Part shown: positions 14,369-29,229 of the stretch, one piece after another
Layout: the number at the start of each line of letters is the position of its first letter
Numbering within the stretch: position 1 is the first letter of the stretch
Assembly: GCA_951406725.2 (NCBI GenBank)
Contig: OX597821.1
Coordinates: forward strand, 50,592,001-50,656,000
Source: Octopus vulgaris
Taxonomy: Eukaryota
Direction of reading: 5' to 3'
Length of the DNA: 64,000 nt
The notes under the pieces: model-generated
Databases searched by the model: none
What the model saw: the letters and a program-made list of their open reading frames with translations, nothing else
Told to the model about the DNA's origin: nothing
Program-made: the position numbers and the translations under genes

Positions 14369-14556
14369 GGACAACAATTTCGGGGAAGGGAGCAGGTCGA
14401 TTACATCTACCCCGGTGCTCAATTGGTAGTTATTTTCTCGACCCCAAAAGGATGAAAGGTTAAGTCAACCCCGGCGAAAATTGAACTCAGAACATGAACT
14501 CGGGAGAAGTATCGACAAGCATTTTCCCAGGCTGGGTAGCGATTCTGCCAGCTCAC
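14369..14556 (-). mobile_element. SINE family D (Nin-domain-like)
   Basis: cgaccccaaaaggatgaaagg...gaactcag motif shared with 28277-28855 and 40696-40918. Confidence 0.7.
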
Positions 14557-14587
14557 CTTTTATATATATCTATATCTATGTATATGT

Positions 14588-14896
14588 GGAGGTGCAATGG
14601 CCCAGTGGTTAGTGCAGCGGACTCGCAGTCGGAAGATCACGGTTTCGATTCCCAGACCGGGCATCGTGTGTATTTATTGAGCGAAAACACCTAAAGCTCC
14701 ATGACGCTCCAGCAGGGGATAGTGTCGACCCCTGTTGTACTCTTTCGTCAGAACTTTCTCTCACTCTTTCTTCCTGTTTCTTGAGTAACGCTGCGATGGA
14801 CTGGCGTCCCGTCCAGCTGGGGGAACACATACGTCACAGAAACCGGGAAACTGGGCCCATGAGCCTGGCTAGGTTTGAAAAGAGGCGCATAAATAA
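14588..14896 (+). mobile_element. tRNA-derived SINE (family B variant)
   Basis: A/B boxes; 3' half matches 5140-5247. Confidence 0.8.
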
Positions 14897-14902
14897 AATC
14901 TT

Positions 14903-14982
<80 letters not shown>

Positions 14983-15183
14983 TATACATACGTGTGGGTA
15001 TTTATGTATGCATATATATGTGTGTATGTGTGTATGTGTGCATGTATGTATATGTGTGTGCGCGCGCGTGTGTGTGAGTGCGCGTGTTTATATATATATA
15101 TATATATGTACATACACGAACGCAGGTATACAGAGAAATAAGTTGTAATCCCATAAATACACGTGGCGCTGCTTCTGCTGCTG

Positions 15184-15247
<64 letters not shown>

Positions 15248-15447
15248 CCCACAATTATAAGCAGGTATCCATGCACTATTTCACATACCAGCGATCCACG
15301 AACCAACGAGCTAAATGTGAACAAAAAATCCGTTTCTCCTCACCCTTCACCTTTCGTTGGCCACTATGTATATTGTGTGTGTGTGTGTGTGTATGTGTGT
15401 GTCTACAGGTATTTATATATATGAATATATGTATGTGTGTATGTATG

Positions 15448-15536
<89 letters not shown>

Positions 15537-15621
15537 GTAGGTCCCGGGTTGAGTCGGGGTTAACCACAGTAAATAAGGTACTCAATACATAGTAGAGTAA
15601 ATTAATTTATTTTATAGAAGG

Positions 15622-15672
15622 AGCTTCTACAGGACTAGAACTGTTTCATTCAAAAGAAATCATCAGGAAGCT
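15622..15672 (-). ncRNA. Type I hammerhead ribozyme with canonical core, in a Penelope-pLTR-like repeat at ~15538-15857
   Basis: Minus strand: agcttc CTGATGA t-ttc-tttt-gaa-t GAAA cag-ttctagtc-ctg TA gaagct; GUA cleavage triplet; first stem II pair is U-U. Confidence 0.7.
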
Positions 15673-15891
15673 AGGTGACAAGAATAGTTTTGGCATTTAT
15701 ACACTTAGGCAGGTTTAAAGGGGTGGTTGTGGGGGACTTTTTGGGGTAGGCATGGCGCAAACTATCATTCTTAGGGGAGTGGTCAAAGGAATCAGTGATA
15801 AAGTAGATAAAAGAATAAATAGAATAATAGAGTTTAGGTAAATAAGGAGACTCTCACTTATACATATATATATATATATATATATACATAT

Positions 15892-15946
<55 letters not shown>

Positions 15947-16052
15947 CATACACATACACATATACATCCATATACACATGTACATATGCACCCATTTACA
16001 TACATCTACATACACACCCATTCCCATACTCGTACATACACACGCGCTCACA

Positions 16053-16092
<40 letters not shown>

Positions 16093-16176
16093 TAAAAGAG
16101 GATACACACCCCCATATACACACGCTCACATATCTATATATATATATATATATATACACACATTCATATACACACT

Positions 16177-16212
<36 letters not shown>

Positions 16213-17347
16213 TATATATATATATACACATACACATACATATACATATACATACATACACACATACATACACATACATCTGCATATACATGCACACACA
16301 TACACACACATTTCTTCCCTATTTTAATTTTATTTTTATTTTTATATATTCATTTTTATTTTTATTATTATTGTTTTTATTTGACCTCGACCAACCAAGC
16401 CGATACAGAAGTAGGGTTCTCCCAAGGGAGCTTGCCTAGCTGGCTTAAAAAACCTTTTATTGCCCCTATCCCTTCCTTTCTATCTTTCTTCCCACTGATA
16501 CGAACACAAACACTCACACACGCGCACACACTCACACGCACACTCATACACATACACAGACGCACGTGTTATATTCATACATACATAAGTGTACCGACTT
16601 TCACATAAACGTACACATAACTATGTACACACAAAACCACATATATAAATGTACTTCAGTACACATAAACACACAAGAGCATCTGCCCACATATATAGAC
16701 GCATATGCCTATATACAGACATTTGTGCATATAAACATACATACGCATATATACACATCCATACGCCTTTAAGTACATATTAGCACACATGCACGCATAC
16801 ACGTGTACATAAACGCATACCTACATATATCTACCTACACTCATACATATACATACATGCACATATATACGCTTACGTACACGTACCTACAAATTCATAT
16901 CTACACGCATACACATACATACATACATCTGCACACACACAGAAGACTAGTCCATATATATACACAAATATATATATATACACATATATATACATATACA
17001 TATATATACATATATATACATATACATATATACATATATATACACATACACGCACGTATATACCTACATATACATACACATATATACCTACACCAGTCAT
17101 ATACATACCTACATACACATACATCCATATATCTATACATATACATACACATATATATACACATGCACATACTAATACACATACGCATATCTACGCACAT
17201 ACAAGCACTCACATCTATCTACATATATAAAAAAAGAAACCCAACAAATCCATACTTATACACTCATACACATACATACATACATATACACATATATACC
17301 CATACATATATACACATATATACACACACATATATATACACACATGT

Positions 17348-17396
<49 letters not shown>

Positions 17397-17450
17397 CATC
17401 TACATACACATACATATACATCCGTACGCACACCCATATACATACATACA

Positions 17451-17483
<33 letters not shown>

Positions 17484-17591
17484 GTATATGTATATATATA
17501 TATGTACGTATATATATATATATTATATATACGTATATAGTATATACATATATGTATTTATATATATATATATACATATATACATATATAC

Positions 17592-17714
<123 letters not shown>

Positions 17715-17998
17715 ATTATGCATTGATTTTTGAATTATATAGGGGTATGTTAAACGTTGATTAAAACATTAAATCTACATAGAAATCAATCCAAAATACT
17801 AGAAGGAAATAAACGTTTCTTTTGATAACATACACAGTGGCAGTTTTAAGTTCCACCGTGCTGGCCCAATTAGCACACCGAAAAATAACAGCTGCTGTCT
17901 CTCTTTATAATATGTATTTGTATGTGTATGTGTATATATATATATGTGTGTGTATATATATATCTGTGTGTGTGTGTGTGTATGTATGTATATATATC

Positions 17999-18076
<78 letters not shown>

Positions 18077-18107
18077 GATATATATACATACATACACACA
18101 CACACAC

Positions 18108-18154
<47 letters not shown>

Positions 18155-18187
18155 GATATATATACATACATACACACACACACACAC

Positions 18188-18252
<65 letters not shown>

Positions 18253-18377
18253 ATTTTTGATGCTTTTTAATAAAGTATATATATATATATATATATATAT
18301 AATACATCTTTTATATATGTATATATGTGTGTGTATGTATATATGTGTATACACGCACACACGCAAACACAGACGCA

Positions 18378-18578
18378 GGCGTGGATGTGTGGTAAGAAAT
18401 TTGCTTCCCAACCACATGGCTCCAGGGTTCAGTCCCATTGCGTTGCACCTTGGTCAAGTGTCTTCTACTATAGCCTGGAGTCGACGGAAGCCTTGAGAGC
18501 AGATTTGGTAAATGAAAACTAAAAGAGAACATAGTGTGTGTGCCTCTGTGTGTGTGTGTGTGTGTGCGTGTGTGCGTG

Positions 18579-18612
<34 letters not shown>

Positions 18613-18812
18613 TGTTCCCCACCACCGCTTCACAACCGATGTTAGTGTGTTTGCGTCTCTGCAATATAGTGGTTTGGTTAAAGGAACCGGTAGAATACGT
18701 ACCAGTTTTTAAAAAGTACTGGAGCCGATTTGTTCGACTAAAAGTTCTTGAAGGTGATGCCCCAGCATGGCCGTAGTCTAATAACTGAATCAAGTAAAAG
18801 ATAGAAAATAAA
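18378..18812 (+). mobile_element. Diverged SINE family C
   Basis: Head, core and gccccagcatggccgtagtc tail. Confidence 0.75.
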
Positions 18813-19407
18813 AGTTATAAGACATATATAACATTACAAGACTATTTTTTTAAACATGCAAATATTTAACTAGATAATATTATATTAACATGTAAAGTAA
18901 AGATTAAGTGTTCGTTGCAATGTTGCTAGGATTGTCCTAAGCCATATAATTAAACATTTCCCTGTAGACAACAAGATATTTAATATGAATTGTATAAGTT
19001 GAGCTATAGTTGCTCTAAAAATTTCATTGCTATGCAGCAATGAAGAATTGCTGCATAGCGATTGAAGAAAACTTTCCAGTATGGATGAACAAAATTCTTC
19101 TTCTCTCTGCAATTATAACAGCACGAGCAAAGGTAGGTGTATTGCTTACGATCTAAAATCATTTCTTCCAGAGACAGTAAAAAGCCTCTGAAAAATCTTT
19201 AAAAAGAATCTTGCAAATCATATGTTTTGTGTATGTTATGTGTACATTTTTGACTCAGATAATGATGCCTCGCCACTTCAGTGTCCAAAACTAACTGAAG
19301 TTTAAACAATAAACGTATTCATATTCATAAAACCGATTGATCCATTATACAACATACAGTTCTCTACCTTAATGACTCTCTCGAAGTATAAGATTCCACC
19401 GTAGCCG

Positions 19408-19456
<49 letters not shown>

Positions 19457-19852
19457 GAGAAACGGAACAGGTGAATTCTGGCAGCTACTCCCATTGATAA
19501 TTACTAAGGAATTAGTAATTAACAACTGCTTGAGATAGTTTACATCCGATATAATAGTTTTGTCATACTCTGAAAGACGGTCATATGATACGAACAGGCA
19601 AATATAAAACAACCCCCACAAAAAACCCCTAAATAAACAAAACAAACAAACAAACAACAATTTGTTTATTAACAGTAAAACTTCAAAACTTCATTAACAA
19701 GACTAGCTTTTGATGGTTACGTGTGTTTTATATGCATGATACTGAAGACATGAAACGGTCACCTGCTTTGTACGGTAATAGTTAAAACAACGTGATCGGA
19801 GTACAAAAATTTGATGCATGCATGTTCGTAAATATATGCCACACACACACAA

Positions 19853-19917
<65 letters not shown>

Positions 19918-20703
19918 ACACACACACAAAATTTAATGCTACACTAAACCTGTAGATTAACTTCTTAGATCAAACAATTCCAGAGTCAAATTCTATGATA
20001 AATGTCGATAAAATCTGAATTAGTCAAATATACCAGTCAAATTATCAAGTAGATCTAATCTCCGCCGATAAAGTTGTCAAGCGGTAGTGGCTATAAGTAT
20101 AAACACACACACCGACATAGGTAAACGCCCGTGTGCGCATACACAGGTATGTGACGGGTTTCCATACACCTACCGTTTGTCGAATTGACTCACAGGGTGG
20201 CTCGGCAAGAGAGAACAATCGAATGAGTTCCAGGTTATAATAAGAAAAAAAATATTGGCGTTGATCAGGGTGGTACCGTAACATGAGTCGGTCCATAGCT
20301 ATTGTAGCCCTACATGCCACGCAGTTGGATTGAAACCGAAATCATGTTATCGCAAAGTGAACTTCTTAACCATACACACATCCTACATACATACATACAT
20401 ACATACATACATACATACATACATACATACATACATACATACACGCATATATGCGTGTATATATGTATTCATTTATGTACGTATGTATATATGTATGTAT
20501 ATCCACAGACGTGTGTTTATATATACAAATATATATGTATGTATGTATGTTTCTATGTACATATACATATATATATTTATATATACATACCAAATATGTA
20601 CGTTTTATCTTATATTTAATCTTTCTATAAGTTGTAATTTTTCTAAATGGTATAATTTAATTTTTCCTTATTGAATTGATAAAGGTGTTTTTTTTTTCTA
20701 ATT

Positions 20704-20863
<160 letters not shown>

Positions 20864-20931
20864 ATATTTTGTGAAATTTGATTCAGTATTTCTAAATTGA
20901 ATTTTTCCCTGTAAGTTTGGAATAATATTCC

Positions 20932-20977
<46 letters not shown>

Positions 20978-21450
20978 CAATAATTATAGCGGTAGAGATT
21001 ATAGTGACTGATACATCTTCAAAATTTATTTCCTATGTCATATCGCATGTTTCTATGGTTACAACCTACACGTGTTTCCACTGCACATCATATGTGCAGA
21101 TACATATGCAACCAGGCATAATTTTCTGCACACAGCTTCGTTCTGCACAGCTTAACTCGAAGCTACATATACACACACATACGTAAAATCGCAAGCGACA
21201 CACATGCACACACACTCAGATATGACAATGCATACTAATTCATTGGATGCTGCACATATATGCACACATAAAATTTCATTTGTACAATGAAATATGCAAA
21301 AACACACGCTCACATTTAAACTCCTGCACTCTCAGTCATATGTCAGCGGATAAACACATAAACACACACACACACACACACACAACCACTCACATATAGG
21401 CAATTACGCACACATTTTCTACGCGCCCTTGCAGTATGTGTGTATGTACG

Positions 21451-21529
<79 letters not shown>

Positions 21530-21760
21530 GTCTGTTTGTCTGTCTGCCTGTCTGTCTGCCTGCCTGCCTGCAAGTCTGTCTGTCTGTCTGTATATCTATC
21601 TAAACATACATAAGTAATGCATACATACATACACACATACATATATACACAATACATACATACGTACATGCACACATACATATATATATATACATATACA
21701 TACATACAAACAGAAACAAAGAATATGTATATTATATGTATATATATATATATATATATA

Positions 21761-22983
21761 TTGGGTCATCTCATAAGTAATGCGGTATTTTTACACTTCT
21801 TTTATTTTTCAAAATTAAGTTCTTGCTTAATCTTAAATATACTCTCCTTCATTTTCTGAAATGCTCTTTTATCTATCTGGTATTCTTGCAAGGCCCCTCT
21901 TTCAAAATTCACTTGTCCGTGACGAAAAATACTCCTCCAGAACTGTTCTGAACTCGACTACAGAATTCAAATTGTTTCCGTTCAAATAATTTTAAAGACT
22001 GCGGAATAAATGATAATCAGACGTGGCAATGTCCGGCGAATATGGTGTGTGGGGCATCGTTTCCCATTCAAATTGCTCCAGCCTTTGAAATGTCTTCTTC
22101 ACTGCATGTGACCAAGCATTATCCTGATGGAAGAACACCTTTCGTCTTGAAACCAAAGATGGTCGTTTTTCTTTTATCCCTGACACAAGGCGCTCAAACT
22201 GCTCGCAGTAGATCTCCTTTGTTATCGTTTGGCTTGGGCTTAAAACTTCATAGTGGACTAAAACTTTCATATCCCACCAAACAGACAACAACACCTTACA
22301 TGGGTGAAGACCTTCTTTAGCCTGGAGTGCCGGTGTTTCTCCTTTCCCTATCCATTGTCTTCAGTGCTTGACATTTTTATAGAGAACCCATTCCTCGCCA
22401 CCGGTCACTATTTTGGTCCCAAAAGTTTCATTTGTGAGAGGTGACAGCACATTTACTCTCCGCACTCGATTAAACTCGGAAAGTTTGTGAAGAACTCATT
22501 GACCCAATTTGCTGACTTTTCCGATGGCTCGCCAATGTCGATGAATAGTTGAATGACCAAAACCAAGCTTCAGCTAGTTCCTCAACAATTACGATGGGAT
22601 TTTACTCCACCAAGGTTTGCAGGACGTCTTCGTCGAGCTCTACAGATCTTGAAGGATAAGACCCTTCTTCTAGGCTGTAGTTTCCGGCTCGGAATTTCTG
22701 AAACCACCGTTGGCACTGGCTTATGCCTATTCTCCGATCCCCATAAGCTGCATTAATAGTCCTCGCACTTTCCGTTCAGCAAAATATGCTGAATATTCTC
22801 CTTTGTAATTTCCATTATAGCTTTGGAAAAATAACTATTAAAATCGAATTGCACTCTTCAAAAACTTGCACTAAGAATAAGGAGAAAGTAAATCCATTTT
22901 CTGCTTTTGTAGCAAGTTAATGCAGGTAGTTTATCCGGCTCCATCTCCGAAAAGAAATCTGCATTATTTATGAGATGAACCAA
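21761..22983 (-). mobile_element. Decayed mariner transposon with TIRs and TA flanks
   Basis: ORF 21992..22294 has FHQDNAWSH and PYSPDIATSDYHLF; TIRs ttgggtcatctcataagtaatgc / gcattatttatgagatgaaccaa, both flanked by TA. Confidence 0.9.
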
Positions 22984-23389
22984 TATATATATATATATAC
23001 ATACATATATATACATATGCTATAGTAGAAGACATTTGCCCAAGGTGTCACTCTGTAGGACTGAACCCGGCACCATGTGGGAAGAAAACCTCTTACCTCA
23101 CAGGCACGCCTGCGCTTAAGGCGAGCAGAAATTCAGTTTTGGAATAGGTGACACACGGTTATAAATGACACAGTTATACGTACTCACAAACACTACAAAG
23201 TGTACGTAATCTCTTTATCTATGCCACTCCCTACGCTCTTTCTTTCTATCACACACGCCCACATGCACACTCACACTCATTGAGAATTAACTAAGTAGAA
23301 GGATAAACTTGACAAACAGTTAGCAGTGGGGGGGGTAAAGAAGTAGTAGGTTTATATTGCTATGTATGTATGTATGTATGTATGTATGT

Positions 23390-24060
23390 CAGGTCACTTT
23401 CGAGTGCTACTGGTAACATGTAACCCAGTACAACCTGTTGCATGGTCGGGCCGTCGGCGACTAAACCGGCAACCCCACCAAGTTTGCTTGGTGAGGAGGG
23501 TGCTTATTGGACACCCTGTGGGATGAAAAACAAAACCCGTCAAAGGGCGGAGGAACTCTTGAGAGTCAACGGGCATCCAATAAATGTATAATTTTTCTTC
23601 TTCTTAAGGCTTAAGGCTGTATCATGCGCGGGGACATAGAAATAATCGGACTGAATACCCGATCACGCGGTTAAACCATTGGGAGTGAATGATTCCTAGC
23701 CTTTGTTAGGGCATCCTTCTAGGAGAAGGTAACTCAAGTAACTGGGATAACTCCAACATAAAACCTGCGGCTCAGTGGTTACCAATGATGTTGACTTGTT
23801 CTTCTTTTCGGATTATGGCTGCTGTTGCTTAGTGAGTAGGATTGACTCAGTGCACAGCCTTTCCTCACTTAAAAAAAAAAATCTTCTTGCACAGGCATTG
23901 CACGATAACAACATTGTTCATGATTGTTGATGGTGCTGTGAGTCTCAACCGAATGGCTGACTGCAGCCTTAAAAAGCAAATAAAAGTCACATCCGATCAC
24001 AGCACCAATGACAGTTAAGCTTCGTGCAATGGCCATACTCGATAACGAGGGGGCAGCCAT
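23390..24060 (+). mobile_element. Probable LINE 5' UTR-like fragment (RTE-like)
   Basis: Non-coding, hairpin-rich, embedded in (ATGT)n; gggcatccttctaggagaaggtaactc resembles a motif I recall from RTE 5' UTRs (unverified). Confidence 0.4.
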
Positions 24061-24184
24061 CATGTATGTATGTATGTATGTATGTATGTATGTATGTATG
24101 TATGTATGTATGTATGTATGTATGTATGTGTGTATGTATGTATGTATGTATGTATGTATGTATGTATGTATGTATGTATGTATG

Positions 24185-24628
24185 TCATTATTCAATTTTA
24201 TTTCAAGATTTTTGGCTAATAGATAAAGAGCCGGTTTCTAACCTAGATCCAAGGCTACTTCATTGGAATTTCAAAATCAACAAGAGGGGATTTTTGAATG
24301 TATGTATGTATGTGTGCGGATTTGTATGTTTTGTTTTACGTATGTATTCTCATGCTTATAGTTACATATCTAGACATGCTCATATATATTTATATGATAA
24401 ACTTCTGGAAAGCTTTACAGATTTTTATAGTTCCAGTGATGGATTGGATCTATAGTCTTCGAATTAACTTTCTCCTTGCTGGTTTTGAGAAGCCTAATTT
24501 CTCAAGATTGGCATTTAGGCAGTGTGTTACATATCCCTGTGCCCCAATAATTACAGATATAAACATGAACTTGTAGTCTGGATAGAGTGACTGCAGATTT
24601 CTCAATAGTTCACTGTAGGTATTCTCAT
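24185..24628 (-). mobile_element. RLE-type LINE 3' end
   Basis: YSELLRNLQSLYPDYKFMFISVIIGAQG...FSKPARRKLIRRL; same family as 12612-12900. Confidence 0.65.
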
Positions 24629-24659
24629 GTATGTATATACGTATATATGTATGCATGTA

Positions 24660-24873
24660 CGAGGGGTTACTGAAAAGTTCCTGGCTTTAAGGGTATCGCG
24701 ACAGGTCTGGTTGGAGGGGTAACCTTCCAAGTTATTTTTTTTTGCCGGGCTTACAAAAACCGAAGGACCGCTACAATAAGTGTGTGAATACGAGAGGGAA
24801 ATATATCGAATAAAATCATAATTAACTGATCCTTCTTTTATTTCTTTTACCCAAAGCCAGGAACTTTTCAGCA
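24660..24873. mobile_element. mariner-type MITE, right TIR truncated
   Basis: TA|cgaggggttactgaaaagttcctggcttt versus aaagccaggaacttttcagca. Confidence 0.7.
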
Positions 24874-24884
24874 TGTTTGTATAT

Positions 24885-25109
24885 CACGTAAAAAGCACCA
24901 ACCGATCGTGGCTGCTGCCAGCCCCCCTTGGCACCTGTGCCGGCGGCACGAAAAAGCACCCACTACGCTCACAGAGTGGTTGGCTTTAGGAAGGGCATCC
25001 ACCCGTAGAAACACTGCCAGATCAGACTGGAGCCTGGTGCCGCCTCCTGAGTTCATAGACCCCTGTCAAACTGTCCAACCCGTGCTGGCACAGAAAACGG
25101 ACGTTAAAC

Positions 25110-25153
<44 letters not shown>
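24885..25153 (+). mobile_element. SINE/LINE 3' tail ending in (GAT)n
   Basis: aggaagggcatcc...acggacgttaaac followed by a (GAT)n tail. Confidence 0.55.
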
Positions 25154-25155
<2 letters not shown>

Positions 25156-27580
25156 CTCCCTCTTTGTTTCTCTCTCCTTTCTCTCTCACTTTCCCACTCT
25201 CTTACTCTTCCTTTCTCTCGGACTCTCCCTCGCTTTCTCTTATTCTCTATCTTTATCTATCTCTCTCCCATTTATAAACAACAAAAGATCTTGAGTAAGT
25301 TGAGAAATAAAATATTTAGAAAGATCAATCATAAATATCAGGCAGTAACAACGGAAAGGTCTGCTTCAAGGCAGACAGCAAAACACTAACATTTAAAAGG
25401 GACAGACGAACTTGCGAGCTGAATAAAAATAATAAAATATTGGAAACCAAAGTTTGAAGGGATAGAATTTGAGGATAGTAGAGTCACCATGGCTGGCATT
25501 TCTTAACAACGGACAGCAACGTATTGACAGCTCAACGGCTGGCGTAAAATTATGAACTTGATGTAAAAGAAAATCCCTAAAAACCAAGTTTTGAACTGAT
25601 TCTTTCTCACGACAGTAGACTCACGATGGCAAGCATTCAAAACTTCTTCATCATGGACGGCAACACATTGACGATTAAAAGGCTGGCGCAAAATTTTTAG
25701 CTTGATGTAACAGAGAATTGCTAAACACCCGCCCTTTAAATTTGAATCCCCTTCCAGCCCCATTTAGACCCCTTTTCACATTTTGGTTAATATAACCCGA
25801 TTTCCTTTGGGTCTACTGGGACCACATTTTATAAGATGAGGACTCAACCAAGTTTCCCGAGTTCTGGTCATAGACCATAGAACACTCAACCAAGTTTCCC
25901 GAGTTCTGGTATAGACCATAGAACACTTAGCTAAAATCTAGTTTCTACCTAGTCTGAACTAATCAATCCGCCGCAGTCTTCATCCACACAGAGCTTACGC
26001 AATCATGTTCCAGTTCCAGCGACAGACGACCAGACCATCTAGTCATGTTCCTGCTCCAGCCAATGACGACGCTAACATACACCAGCAACGCCATCGACGC
26101 CTTCATCTCAACGTCGCCATCACCATCGTCGTCCTTCACCTTCACGTTGTCTCCATCTCCGTCGCCTTCATCTCCAGCAACACTAATATGTACATAGCAC
26201 TCATTCAGGTGTAGCTTTCACGCTGTTATGATTTTCACCGAGGTTAACAGCACAGCACTACCTGCGAGATCTTCTGTACCAATGTAACCTGGCACAGCAT
26301 TGAAGCCACAACCACTACACGACATGTGTTCAACCGGCATCTGCACTTGTGATCCGAACATCCTGTTACAGAACGAACTGCTATTATGTACTTTACTACG
26401 AACTGGTAAATTAACTCCATCTTGTCTGAAATACCCTGAGAGACTTTTCCTATGCGCTGTATTTTGTTTTGCCCGCATACACCTTGTTTGTACTTCTGTC
26501 GCACACACGAACACACATAGTTAATACACACACAAATGCTATCTCTGTCACATTCATACGCTACACATGCCTTTCTCGCTTGTTTTCCATGCTCAGTGTG
26601 CCCTTGTAAACACAACTCATCTCTGTAAGACCCTAGGTCGGTCACGCATACATAGAGAAAGTTGTTTGTCCCTTACAACGCACCAGCATGCCACACTTTT
26701 GTTCCTGCACGACCGAGGCATATAATAGCTCAAGCACTGGCTGGCAGCCTCAGCCTTACCGCATTAATCACTGGGATATTCAATACTGTACACTGTATTT
26801 CAGCCTAGCAAGCCCTATTGCACTCATGCACCTCTGTTCTGCACGTGTAATCCCTTGTTTTGCAACACGTCTGCGTCAGCTCAATTCTTCTCCCGACTCA
26901 AAGCACTTCGGATGTTCACATGCGCTGCGCTCATGTTTAGGCATAATTTCCCCCTGTTAGACCCCTGTTGGTCACGTAATTAACAGAGAAAATTATCTGT
27001 CTCGCACCCAAGTTGCACCCAAAAAGTGTAAAGAAGCAACCAGTTCCCTTTACGTAACTATCAAAAAGTATTAAAAAGTTTAATATACATAAATACAGAT
27101 ATATACACTTTGTATATATACATTATATATACATATTTATATATAGAACACACACACACACATGTATATAAACGCTTGTTGGTGTGTTCTGTTTGTATTT
27201 GGTCGATGGGCGCGTTGACAGGTAGACAATAGAATGCGGTGGCGATGGCGATGGAATATTTGTTTCTCTGTATAGAGATACATGAGTAAAAATTATGGGA
27301 AGCTAAGAGATAGAGTGAGTGAAAATGTTCTTACATTAAATAACGGGAGTGGACTAACTGAATGGGAGTGAGAGGGTAATATAGGAAATAGCGTGAGTGA
27401 GGAAGATGACCCCTAGCAACCACACCTTTTAAGATAGGGATTTCTATGGTAGCCCACTGGCATCGTCACCTCATTCTACATGTCCCTGTAAATTTTGGAG
27501 CGAATCGGACGGGTCGTAGTGGTATTGAAAGCGATCCAACCGGTAAAAACGCATTTCAGTTTTATATATAGAAGAAGAAG

Positions 27581-27623
<43 letters not shown>

Positions 27624-27658
27624 GTTTGTGTACATATGTGTATAAAGAGAAAGAGAAG

Positions 27659-27706
<48 letters not shown>

Positions 27707-27932
27707 GAGAGAGAAGAGACAGAGAGAAATTGGGGATGTATCCGTTGAAGAATGCTTATGTAAGAGCGGCAGAGATAATCACCAGGTAGTCCTCAGATAA
27801 ATCTGAAATTTGAACATCAACTCCTTCGTCTAAGGCAGGTGTGCTGAGGTAGGAAGTCAGGTATAAGAACGAATTCGTCGAGCGAGTATGGAAGCAGAAA
27901 AGACTACTTTTGTTTAGCAGTCTTTTCTTCTT

Positions 27933-27964
<32 letters not shown>

Positions 27965-28026
27965 TTCATTTGGGTTTGTACATATATATATGAATATATG
28001 AATGTATGCATATATATTTACATGGA

Positions 28027-28060
<34 letters not shown>

Positions 28061-28276
28061 CTTGTCACGCATTACAACGTACAGAAAAAAGGAAAAGAAT
28101 AGAACAAAAGAGAAATGCAGAAAGAGTTAACGTAAGAGGTGGGGGGAATGAATGCACATAGTAGGCTTGGTGAGAGGCAATTAATAGCAGACATCACTAC
28201 ACACACTGAGAGAGGAAAATCACAGATGAATAAATGACAGACTAGTTGGCTGTAGCAGCAACATTTTAATAACTAT

Positions 28277-28855
28277 TGGTTTCAAATTTTGGTACAAGTC
28301 CAGCAATTTCGAGGGAGGAGGTAAGTCGATTACATCGACTCCAATGTTCAACTGGTATTTGTTTTATCGACTTCGAAAGGATGAGAGGCAAATTCGACCT
28401 CGGCGGAATTTGAACTCACACAGCTGAGCATTTTGCCCGGCGTGCTAACGATTAGCCAGCTTGGTGCCTTAATTCTTTTCTACTCTAGGCACAAGGCCCG
28501 AAATTTTGGAGGAGGCGACCAGTCAAATAGATCGACCCCAGTACGCAAATGGTACTTAATTTATCGACAAAGTCGACCTCGGCAGAATTTGAACTCAGAC
28601 CATAATGATGGATGAAATACCTATTTCTTTACTACCCACAAGGGGCTAAACACAGAGAGGACAAACAAGGACAGACAAACGGATTAAGTCGATTATATCG
28701 ATCCCAGTGCGTACCTGGTACTTATTTAATCGACCCCGAAAGGATGAAAGGCAAAGTCGACCTCGGCGGAATTTGAACTCAGAACGTAGCGACAGACGAA
28801 ATACGGCTACGCATTTCGCCCGGCGTGCTAACGTTTCTGCCAGCTCGCCGCCTTA
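28277..28855 (-). mobile_element. Tandem cluster of about 3 SINE family D (Nin-like) units
   Basis: gtcgacctcggcggaatttgaactc-like motif recurs at ~28395, ~28572 and ~28756. Confidence 0.85.
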
Positions 28856-29140
28856 ATTGCTACCATTATACTCTTTTGTCACCATAGGTGATATCGAGAA
28901 ATATGACATACATGCAATAATTACAATTTAACTTTTATCAAATTGTATATGATAGCATTAGTATACTTCAAAAGTGATCCCTATTTTGTGTCACATCTAA
29001 ACTAACTATGACTTAATCATCCGTCTCCGATTAAGGGATATAATTAATAAATATCTTGGAAACAGCTGTAAGACCTTCTATCTATAAATGTTCTAATATC
29101 TACACAGCCTTGGTTTTTATCTCATTACGTAAAAAAGTCT

Positions 29141-29227
<87 letters not shown>

Positions 29228-29229
<2 letters not shown>

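Noticed and set aside
18885-19190. 75-aa ORF and a possible 38-nt AG/GTAAG-bounded micro-exon on the minus strand
   Set aside because: No recognisable homology; such splice-like motifs arise by chance
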